Below are positions 35,047 to 46,619 of a DNA stretch of 64,000 bases, piece by piece. Source of the DNA: Marsupella aquatica (Eukaryota > Plantae > Marchantiophyta); NCBI GenBank assembly GCA_973895155.1, contig OZ316898.1, forward strand, positions 17,970,752-18,034,751, given 5' to 3'. Positions within the stretch are counted from its first letter, which is position 1, and every line of letters starts with the position of its first letter. The position numbers and the translations under genes were made by a program. Below the pieces are notes generated by a model that did not search any database, was not told the origin of the DNA, and was given only the letters and a program-made list of their open reading frames with translations.

Positions 35047-38000
35047 ATGTTGGCATCAGCATCAACAGTAGCAAAGCGAATGATGCAAGGCAGTGGAAGC
35101 AAAGAATGACAGATTGTCGCCAATTCCATAAGCACCACAAAAATGTCACTTGACCTAGAGCTCAAAACAATCACACTCTGATATGAATGACCAAATGCAC
35201 AATGCAATTGAGATTTGGGAACATGAACACTACTTGAGGAAAATGTGTTGTTCAATCGGTGGGTATGACTTCCCAATCAGTATGACTAAAGGTTCAACTT
35301 TCTCATCGACCTTTGAGACTTGTTGCGCTAGCTCGTGCAAGTTATGACATAGACTATCAATGCACCATTAGAGGATTGAGGTGCAGCACAACTGCTCTTG
35401 CAATTTATGACACAGACTATCAATGCACCATCAAAGGATTGAGGTGCAATGCAACTGTGGAAAGCCACAAATGAAAGTGTGTGTTGTCCCAATATTTCTC
35501 AATTTCTCCCAATTGATGATTGTTCTCTCCCTCTGAAAGCCTTCAAATGAATAAGTGTTTGCACCTCGGTATGCACTAGAGCAACATGACTAGACCACAG
35601 GCTCCTCAAAATTTTCACCAAGCTCTTCCTTTGTCAAAATTGCCACCTTTCATATGCCTACAGCATGAGAACTACTCAATGGTTTTCCTCCAACGTCTAA
35701 GGTTGCAAATTGATTCAATTTTGATGCAATGATCAAAAAATCTCACTCTAGTCCCCTCCATGCAAGTTGGTGCATGAGAATCCCAAACTCCAGTCCCCTC
35801 CGTGCAGGAGTTGGTTACGATTGCCAAAATTTTGGCAGCCATTTTAATTGTTGCCTATATTGAAATTTTATTTTATTTTTCAATAAAAGAAAAGATAACT
35901 GAATAAGAAGAAAGAATAAAAAGGATAAAAAAATATCATCTATTTGGACAAAACCATTAAATGAACAAAAAGCACTAAAATCAGACACCATTTTCTAGTA
36001 TATGGCAGAATGGCAAAAATCATGACATAATCCTTTCCATGAAAAAATTGCCTAATATTTCACTATACCATTAATTTCAAGCAATTCAACAATTAGATTA
36101 TTTATATCTTGGATGAACCAAGATGACCTCCATGATAATTCCATACATTTGAAAAGTCCACATTCATGAAATTTCATACCATTTTTTAGCTCTCAATGAA
36201 ATTAAGGACAAGCATTGAGGCCATGTTTTGCAACAAAACCCTCCTCCAAATGAAAAATGGTCAAAAACAAAACTTTCCTAACTAACATAATGTGAATCAT
36301 GAATTCATGAAGAAAAGAATTCTCTTATATCCTAATCATCTTCTTATTTCTAGTTTTTGTAACATCCATGTTAGGAATAATTTCTACATTTATGACTTTG
36401 TGTTAGACTCCACCTGTTGACTGGACCAACCGATCACCCGACACATCTATATGTATCATGACATTCCACATTCTATATACGCTGATTATCATTTCTCCAT
36501 CACACATTATCAGCACTTTGTCTCACCAGCGGAGTGGAGAGAAGAAAATAGCTATGGCAGATTGATCTCTCGAGATAGGGATAGATTTGCTGAGGAGATC
36601 ATAAGGACCTCGAGAGCAATTTTGGAAAATTGAAAAGACACAAACAGAATTGAGAAGAGAAGGAGTGAATAGGGATCCGTTCTGAAAACAAGAAGAGAAA
36701 TTCAGAACTGATGAGACTATTAGCAAGGAATTGAGATAGGAAGCGACTTAAAGGGAGAATCGATAACTAAGGATCGAAGGCGATCAAGTTTGAGTCACCA
36801 GACAGAGAAATTCTCCTACGTTGCGCAATTATGAAGAGCGAACAGTAAAGCAGGAGGTCAATGAGAATGGAAAACAAATTCAGGCAGAACAATCGAGAAA
36901 GGACTCTGAAGGCGCCTAATGCCAAATCGAAAAGCATCCATAAGGACTTCGCGACCTCATAAGGACAGGCCCAGACGAAAGAGCCTGTGACAGACCACGA
37001 TCGGGACAGCAACAAGGATTGAGTGAGGAATTGAGAAAAGTAGGTAGGCAGCATCGCGAATCAATAAGGACAGATCGAGAGAGAAACGATAACACTCGAA
37101 GATCAGAGAAGTGACCAGAAAAGAGGCACCAAGAATCAATAGGGTAAAGATGGAGAGAAGGTCTTGCGGCAACAGCACACGATCGATTTTACCTGAAGGA
37201 TAACACAGCAGCAGCAAAGCGACCAGAAGAAAAGGACAACATCGATCTACCTTAAATATGCTCTCAAAGAAAGCTAGTAAGCAGAGAAGCTATCGAAAAG
37301 CAAAGAAGGAATTTCGAAAAGAGAGATTGACAAGGTGATTAGAAAGTTGTACCCAAAGTGATTGCAAGCGGCGCAACCCAAGGTGATCGCTGATGACATT
37401 GAAGTCACATTCATCGAGGAAACACCGAGACAAGCAGTCGACAAACAACGCTAAGTGACATAACCGCCAATCCATCTCTAAGTGAAACTTATTTCCAAAG
37501 GAACTCAAAATAACAAAGGAAGACTCGCACTTAACCATAACTGCAACCCTAAGTGCACAACTGGATAACTGCATCACCAATACAAAGTAATCCTAAAATA
37601 CATGGAATAATGTGCAGTTATACATTTACAAAGGAAACGTAACCAGAAGTGCAAACCCTAAAAAGTCATTTTTTCTTACCCCTAATCACAAAAGGCCTTG
37701 CAACTTTTGGGCATAACCTCAGCCATCCATTTGCTACCTACTTACTAAGAACCCGCATTAAATCTCTCATAAATGTGCCCCTTCAATTCCTATTACCTAT
37801 GGCTATTAGTACATAAGGCCTAATTACCATCCAAAAGAAGCTTAGTACACTAGTGCCATAGTAACCCTAGATGGCCAACCTGGAGAAATTGATTTTCCCA
37901 GCTTTAGAAATCGACGGTAACAATTATCTCGAGTGGTCCATGAACCTCAAGGAGAACCTGACCTCTTTAACCCTTCTCCCAGCTATAGGGATAGCCCAAC

Positions 38001-41000
38001 CCATACTAGCAAGCGAACCCCAACCAGACCCGTTAACCAAGGCCAATGAATCAAAGGCCCTAGTATTTCTTCGACGCCATATCCATAGGTTCTTGCAGAG
38101 ATAGTACATGCACCTCTCCACCCCTCGCGAGCTATGGACAGCGCTTAAGACCCGATTCGACCACAAGACATTGGTTGAACTACCCAGAGCACACCAAGAA
38201 TGGCTAAAGTTACGGGTCCAGAACTTTACATCCATCTCAACCTACAATTGTGAGTTATTCAGAATAACCTCAACCCTTGCACTTTGTGGCGAGCCAGTCG
38301 CAGACAAGGACTTGCTAGAAAAAACCTTGTCCACGTTCCACTCTTCAAAGGTGCTACTATCAACCCAATACCGGAACATGAAGTTCGGACAATACTCAGA
38401 GCTCATCGCCCACCTCCTAGTAACAGAAAGGAACCAAGAGCTCCTTTTAGTTAACTCTAGGAAACGTCCTACGGGCACGCTAACCCCAGGACCACAGAGA
38501 GAAACCCATCACATAGACAACGCTGGACCCTCCACATCAAGGCAGGGTACCAAGCGCGCCAAGAATGGTAATAGGAGAAACACTCTCAATAGGGGGAGTT
38601 TCTTCAACCAACGCCCGCACCATGGCGCACTTAAACGGGCCTTCAGAGGTCGCCCAAATGGACGCCCACAACAACAGAGTTCCCACAACAACTTCACACG
38701 CGGCCGAGGATGCGGACGCGGTGGAAGGAGATACCAGAACGACCGCCAAAGCGATCGGCCTCAATCTCGACCACAACAAGAACGACCAAGATGCTACGAA
38801 TGTGGCATGACCAACCATCTGGCCCACAGTTGTAGGATTCCACAGTATCTTAGAGACCTATACCAACAGTCTCTAAAGGATGGCCAAACCTCTAGGACAC
38901 CACCCCGTGAGACCCACGGGGCGTTTATGGAATCCAGAGACTTATTTCAAGATTTTTCAGACACACATGTGCAACCCGAGGCACATTTAGTGGCGAGTAG
39001 CTCCACAACTCCAGACCTAAATAGCCCCAGCACACGCATTATTGATAGTGCAACTACTCATACTATCCTTCAGGATAGAACTCTTTTTCACAAGATCACA
39101 CCTTCAAGTAGATCACTGACCACTATCAATGGTCCTAGCCAGGTAGAAGAGGGCTTCGGCCCAGCTTCTATTAGACTTCCGTAGGGTACAGAAATCTAGA
39201 TAGAATCAGCTATCTTCGCCCCGAATGCAACCCGTAATCTCCTAAGTTTTAGGGATATACGAGCAAATGGACTCCACGTCCAGACAGGCGATACAAAAAA
39301 CCAGGAAGTAATCCATTTGGTTGAAAATACCCCTATGGGGAAAATCATTAAAGAGACTTTTTTCTCGTACCCATGCGGGTTTTACGTAACTCAAATTGAA
39401 TGTTTGCATAACAATGCACAACCAAGCAAATTGCCCGCGCTTTGGCATGCACGCCTTGGCCACCCCAGTCAATCCATGCTAAGTAAAATTATTAAGAATT
39501 CACGAGGCATTCCAACCAACATATGCCACATTCCAGCTAGCACTCCATGCATTGCATGCTCACGCAGCAAACTAATAACAAGGCCCACGGCATCAAAATT
39601 ACCAACCAAGATACCAAAATTCTTGGACATCATACATGCGGATGTTTGCGGGCTAATTAACCCACCGAGCGGACCATTCCACTGCTTTATGATACTGATC
39701 AATGCATCCACCAAATGGTCAAATGTGACCCTGCTTTCGACGCGGAACATGGTAAGTTATGCCTTGCATCTTGATGTAAATCTTGCGCGTCAAGGCACAA
39801 TTTCCCAATCACCCCATGAAGACACTAAGGGTGGACAATGTAGGGAAATTCACATCCAAAACCTTTAACGACTTTTGTACATCACTAGGTATTGATGTAC
39901 AATATTCCGTACCCCACGTCCATTTCCAGAATGGATTAGCTAAAGTTGTCATTAAATGCCTTCAGCTAATTGTACGCCCACTACTAATGCAGTTGAAACT
40001 CCCCGTCTCAGCCTAGGGACATGCCATATTATAGGCTAACGCATTAATTCAATACCGCCCATCTGCTCTTAATACTTATAGTCCATACCAAATTGCTAAC
40101 GGTATCCCACCTTTGTTCATTTGGATGTCAAGTAATGGTTCCCATTACTCCACCCAAACGAACCAAGATGGGACCCCAATGACAGTTGGGGATATACATT
40201 GGATTTGACTCACCGTCCATAATCCGATATATGGAGCCTACAATAGGCGACGTTTTTAAAGCCAGATTTTTAGATTACCATTTTGATGAGCATATTTATC
40301 CACCACTCATAACCTCTGAACACCCACTACCACCTTTGGAGTAGGAGAGACATTCGCCATTTTGGCAAGACCTTAGAACAAATCAGGGGGAGAAAGAAGT
40401 TCAGCAAATTTTGCAACTCCACAAGATTGTGGAGAAACTTTCCGACGCTTTTGTCAATACATCACAAGATACACGCTCACACATTCTAGCTGCGAGAGCA
40501 TCCGCTCGCATCGAATTATCAAGTGAGCCAGCAAGTACATCCCAGCCTCGTTCCAAACGTGGTAGACCATTGGGATCAAAAGATAAACAACCAAGAAGGC
40601 GTGATTCATCTATCCCTCCTCCACCTAACGTAGATCATTCTAACTCTACAACTCATGAAGAGATCTCTATCCACTACGCACACACCGGTGCGATGTGGGA
40701 TAGAAATACTACTTCAATAGATAATGTTTTTGCATTAATGGTGGCAACTCAGATCAATGACGATACACCTGAACCAATCTCCATCTTAGAATGCCAAAAT
40801 AGACCAGATTGGCCTGAATGACAAAAAGCTATCAGTGGAGAATTAGATTCCCTACTAAGCAGACACAATTTTGGCCCAGTTGAGCCAACATCGAGAGACG
40901 TACACCGCATTGGCTACAAGTGGACCTTCATCCGCAAAAGAAATGATAAAGGCCTGGTTATACACTACAAAGCACGTATGGTAGGGAAAGGATTTACCCA

Positions 41001-41187
41001 ACAACCGGGAATTCATTACGATGAAACTTACTCACCGGTTATGGACAGCACAATATTCCGATACCTTATCGGATTTGCCATTTTTCACAAACTTAAGATG
41101 CAACAACTAGACATCGCGACTGCATATCTATATGGAACTTTAGACACTTGTCTATACATGCGATCACCTCCTGAGTTGGAGGAACAT

Positions 41188-42588
41188 TGTCGGGGGAATC
41201 TTTAGTTCTTGGGAAGCACCAAGCTCTTATTTTTCCTATCTTGGAAGAAACCTTTCCAAAGTATATATTTTCTCACCTCACATTACCCTTTCGATCCCCT
41301 TTGTCGATCAATTTCCCTCACCATTATCCTCTAAAATATCTCTCATAGCCTTTGTCCCACTCTACAATGAGCGGTTTCCTCACACTAAGCCTCAAATCGG
41401 CCTATCCTCTTTCCACATAACCCAAGTCAAGTCATAGATTATAATTTCCAATGAATCCTATAATTAGATAAGTCCATTATAGAAAACAAAGACTATGATC
41501 TTAAGATTTACCATAGATGATATAATCACAGGCTCTGGCATCCTAAGCATAACATTGTATCTTTCATCTCCATACTTTCTAACTAAAACATCTCTACAAT
41601 CAACCTTCTTACGACATACCACTCTAATGTCAATAGATGAAGGAAAATCATACACATTATTAGGAAGCCTATTCAAATCTAACTCCGGTACATTTACTGG
41701 TTGTCTATTAAAATCTATCTAATATAAAATAAAAATAGTTACATTCCATTCATTTCCATAAACAATAATTGGGTATACAAATGGTGCGTTGCTATTCATA
41801 ACTGTTTCCATTAACTCAAATCCAAAATGATAAAGAAGATGCATTCTCATAGTATGCTTGCTAAGACAATAAATTCTAATTAAGAAAGGATTGACAAATG
41901 GCACAGCAGGTGGGGGATAAACTCTAGGTACTCTATTTATCATATTATTCATTACAAACACACTAAATTGATCTCAAGACTAATAAACATAAAACATAAA
42001 ATAGTTCTAAGGCCAACAATCAAGCTAGTACCCAAGCATGCATGTAAATAATAACCAAGACATGTGCACAAGAGGGGAAGAGTTCCTTAAAGTGTTGCGA
42101 GTCCAACATGATAGATCAAACAATACGAATGAGGAGAGTGTGCTCCTCTTCACTTTATTTATAGTGCCCCTTTGTGCTTTCCAAGAGGGCATGGATCGAT
42201 GCCTTGACCCTTGGATGGAAGCCAAGTGGCAAGCATCAAACACTTATAAGTGTGCTAGTACTATTCATAGTTGGTGGAACTACAGTGCGTAGTTGGTGGA
42301 ATTATTACGCGTAATTGGTGAAACTACTATGCGTAGTTGGTGGAACTACTATGCGTAGTTGGTGGAACTACTATGCGTAGTTGGTGGAATTACTATGCAT
42401 AATTGGTAAAACTACTATGCATAAATGGTGGAACTACTGTGTACCATTGTAGAATGTACACACTGCATATAGGATGTAACATATATGCTCTAATAGTACT
42501 ACTATGAAGCTTTTAAGTAAAACCTTTTTCACATAAACTCAAATAACACAATATGGATTCTAGCCTTCTAAAGGGAATCCCCATGACA
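41188..42588 (-). mobile_element. 1.4-kb TGT...ACA insertion in the Bianca RT (solo LTR or Ginger-like element)
   Basis: Ends TGTCGGGGGAATC / reverse complement TGTCATGGGGATTC; 4-bp TSD ACAT/ACGT; minus-strand TATAAATA at about 42163-42156. Confidence 0.7.
42269..42441. repeat. 22-bp tandem array, about 8 copies
   Basis: Consensus AGTTGGTGGAACTACTATGCGT. Confidence 0.92.
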
Positions 42589-44559
42589 ACGTCGTCGAGC
42601 TCTAGCTCAAGGCGCTACATTGCATATTCCATATTTACATAAGATTATCAATAAATCACCTTAAGTTACACCTCATGTGTCATCTACACATATAACTCAT
42701 CACAATGACACCCCTGTGTCAACCGTACGGCATACTCGTCGCGGACTAGCTATCCACGTGTTGAAGGCATTATATGGCCTGAACAAAGTGGCAGAGTATG
42801 GCATCAAAGATTCACCGATGATATGATTTTCATGGGTTTTTCCCATGATATAATTACTCCAGGTTTATTTATTAAACATGTGGATGACGAATATGTCATT
42901 GTTTCTATTTATGTCGACGACTTAAACATATTTGCGACACCCCAAATTACAAAAGATACTATTACCAATCTCAAAACAACATTTGAGATGAAAGACCTTG
43001 GCCATACAAACTTTTGCTTAGGCTTACAACTGGAGATCTTACCTACTGGCATGATGCTCCATCAGACAATACAAATTAAAAAGATCCTAAAACAGTTCAA
43101 TATGAACTTAGCACACCCATTAACGTCTCCAATGGTGGTACGTTCATTAGAAAACAATATTGATGTTTTTTGCAAGCGCGAAGAACACGAACCACTACTA
43201 GGACCGAAAACTCCGTATCTTTCCGCGACAGGAGCATTAATGTACTTAGCAAACCAGACCCGTCCGGATATTGCATTTGCAGTTAACTTACTAGCTAGGC
43301 ACAGTGCAACTCCCACAGCCAGACACTAGAATGGAGTTAAGCACGTATTTAGGTACCTGTGTGGCACCACTGATATCGGGTTATTTTACCCATTCGGTGC
43401 AAACCACAAACTCACAGGATATGCAGACGCTGGATACCTTTCTGACACTAACACCGCAAAATCTCAAACCGGATATTTTTTTACTATAGGGGGTACCGCT
43501 TTTTCTTGGAAAAACGTGAAACAGACCCTAACAACAACCTCATCGAATCACTAAGAGATTTTAGCTCTACATGAAGCTAGTCGCAAAGCCGTTACGATCT
43601 TTTATAAATCACATCAATACTAAATGCGGCCTACCAACACTAACAAAGCCTACTAATATCTTTGAGGATAACGCAACATGTATACAGCAGATCACAAAAG
43701 GATTCATCAAAGGCGATCGAGTGAAGCACATAGCTCCAAAGTTCTTCTACACCTACGAGTTACATGGAACAGAGATCAACATTTTACAGATTTCAAGTGC
43801 AGACAACTGTGTGGATCTCTTCACCAAATCACTATCGCCGGCCGTTCATCACCGACACTGCCAGGCAATTGGACTGCGGAGCGTGCGATGCATGATGACC
43901 GTGGAGGCTGCTGCTCCACATGGCGATTGATACTACTGCTGACATGATACTAACGACTTACTGTTGAGACAGATGTTGAAGCTAGATTTACTATAGCATT
44001 TGATTTTATTTAGTATTGACATTTATTACGACGAGGACTGTTAGGCTGCACTCTTTTTCCTTTAGCACTCAAACTTTTTCTCTGCTACACCGGTAGAGTT
44101 TTTATTTAGCTAGAGTTGATAAAGGTTTTTTAATGAGGCAGTCTACCTCGCTTGTACTCATATCATGTATACTCTATTAGCATGGTATGATAGGCCTAGT
44201 CTATGTTGTCTACATAATTGTCATTATATAGACAAGGGGGAGTGTTAGACTCCATCTGTAGACTCCACCTGTTGACTGGACCAACCGGACACCCGACACA
44301 TCTATATGTATGATGACATTTCACATTCTATATATGATGATTATCATTTCTCCATCACACTCTGAACCTGACCTCCTTAATTCTTTGGTAGAATGATCAT
44401 TTTTATTCTATCTATCATTTTCTTGTACAACGGTTTAGACTTTGGGTGAATTTATTATTGGAGACTAATATAGTTGGGGACGTACCCACATGTTTGGTAT
44501 CTTAGCCAAAATCAATTGATCAACCAACTCCGAGGTGTAGAGCTTAAATGTGGTTCCAC

Positions 44560-45240
44560 TAATATTATCAAGATGTGAATGGGAGCAAACATACTTTTAA
44601 TTTTTGTAACCATATCAAAAATAACTTATAACTTATATATATGATTACTCTGAAGTTGAACTCCTTAATTCTTTGGTATAAATTAATATCCCTAGTATAA
44701 TCTGCTATCAATACTCTACCTATATAATCTAGTTCTTGTTCTTGCTCTTCAATGAAAATTTCTGATAACCAGATTCTGATTCTATCGATGGTTTTCTTGT
44801 ACGACATATCATATGTCGTCAACGTGAAGTTGTATGCAAAGACAGTTGTCAACCTAGTGAAACCACATCGGCTTCAAAGTTCCTTTACTAAGCTAGCCCA
44901 CTCTTTTTCTTTTCAAAATTCAGACTTTTGGTAAGTACTGCATGTGATTTCCACCGATCATGGGATCATTTCTTTATAGCATGTCATAGAACATACACTT
45001 TTTTGGAACTTTTAGCTTGTCATAATGAACAATTCTTTCCACCTAAGTGGCCACCCAATATGCTTGCAATTCCTCATGAGAGCTTATAGTAATGAAAGCG
45101 TTGACTTCAAGGTTGAAAAAATATCTTTCAATGATGCTTCTTTACATCAATTTTTTCTTGAATGATTCCAATAAGGACCAACATATATGTCCCTAGTAGG
45201 TCCATGGAATCTCTGTCAACACCTTGCAATGGGGCTTAAC
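44560..45240 (-). pseudogene. Highly decayed gypsy-like integrase remnant
   Basis: GGHLG..TCSTYQK (HHCC-like) and TTVFAYN fragments with many stops. Confidence 0.4.
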
Positions 45241-45281
45241 TCTTCACTAGAGTTAAATCTACCACTATTGCCCCTTCTTAT

Positions 45282-46535
45282 CGTTGTCCGGGTTCCTAGG
45301 ACGAGCGAATAGCAGGACAGTAGGTCACTTTCCCTTAATCTCTCTCTTCTTCTTCACTCACACACCCAACTGGGTAATTTTACTTCCACCGCTGGAAAGA
45401 TGACCTTGAAGGGTGGTTATCACTCCCCTGCTCTCCCACTGGAAAACACTCCCAACACCCCACTCTCGATCTCAACACGGTCAGTGGACACCCACAAGCT
45501 GTCCCCGCGGACTCCTTACATAACCGTCACCCAAGAGAGTACCCTGTTTCCTTCACAAAGGACTGCATGATTACCACTTGCTATCCCAACAAGACAAGTG
45601 CTGACCCTGCTCTCATCCTCAAGCTTCAAGCTTCACCTCTTCGGTATCAAATCACACCTGAGTCCACATACATGCTCACTGGTTCGACATCTCACTAGAC
45701 AGCTGCTTCAAGACTGAGGGTTACACGCAAGTCTTTACTAGAGAGAATAGAAATGAGTTCAGATCACAACACCTCCCTTGACCTTCTCCTTGCTGCCTAC
45801 CTAGTGGACTAGTTCACTGTTCCCCCCTTCCTAGTGCCTCAAGCTCATGCTGCTGCTCTCCAAGGAATGCCCAGCCCCCAAGCTCCCAGCCTCTAAGAAA
45901 GTGGACAGCTGAACAAGTGAGGAGACAGCCCCCTGCTTCTCCTCTTTATTTCCACACCTCAGGGCTCCAAACCAAACCCACGCCAAACCAAACCAAGCCT
46001 AAGGTGCTAACTCAGGTTAGTAGTTAAGGCAAACTTACTACTTTCTTGCTAAAGTTTAACCCGGGTTAACTCTCTATTTTACCGCAGGTTAACTTAACTA
46101 CAACCAGTACTCTGGTTTCCACACAAGACCTGAACAACGGCAACCTCTCGGCGAGACGAGTAACCAGGGTACCCCCTTTGGTAACTCTTACAACTAACCG
46201 CGCGAGTTGTAAACTAACTGGAACACAATATTTCTCACGGTAACAACTCCAAGTTCGGCCTACAACTGAGGGTTAATACGTCACTGAGTTTCGGGTTACC
46301 ACTGAGTCTCGGGTTTTGCCACTGAGACTCGGGTTACCACAGAAGTACAGGTCAACTTTTACACAGTTGTAAACTTACCCGAATAGTACAACTACCGCTT
46401 GAGTTGGTTCCAACTAGAATGCTGACATTAGCAGTTATTCTATGGCTACTGTGCAAGTGCAAGGCCAAGCTATCTAGCAACAACTCATCGTATACCAACA
46501 CCCCTCAAGTGTTGGGCTTCATAATAGCCCGACAA
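45282..46535 (-). mobile_element. Probable solo LTR (1.25 kb)
   Basis: 5-bp TSD CTTAT (45277-45281, 46536-46540); inverted ends CGTTGTCCGGG / GCCCGACAA; short CACTGAG..TCGGGTT tandem repeats at about 46281-46340. Confidence 0.65.
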
Positions 46536-46619
46536 CTTATTACAAATAGTGGTTTTCAAGCCTTCATGAAAACTCCTTAGCATATCCTATTGGGATAAAA
46601 AATGGTTTCCTGGGCCTCC

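Larger units (their letters stand above)
37871..43930 (+). pseudogene. Bianca-type gag-pol, interrupted at 41188-42588
   Basis: MANLEKLIFPALEIDGNNYLEW, CYECGMTNHLAHSC, IIDSATTHTIL, LWHARLGHP, LRVDN, YVDDL at about 42910, KGDRVKHIAPKFFYT. Many stops and frameshifts. Confidence 0.92.
36401..44359 (+). mobile_element. Full-length Ty1/copia element, Bianca-like lineage, inactivated
   Basis: Short LTRs at 36401-36504 and 44243-44359 (the 3' LTR has a 13-bp duplication), TSD CTTTG/CTCTG, PBS TTATCAGCAC at 36507-36516, PPT CAAGGGGGAG. Confidence 0.92.

Noticed and set aside
42269-42441. 22-bp array as a CRISPR
   Set aside because: Head-to-tail repeats with no unique spacers, eukaryotic context and no cas genes.
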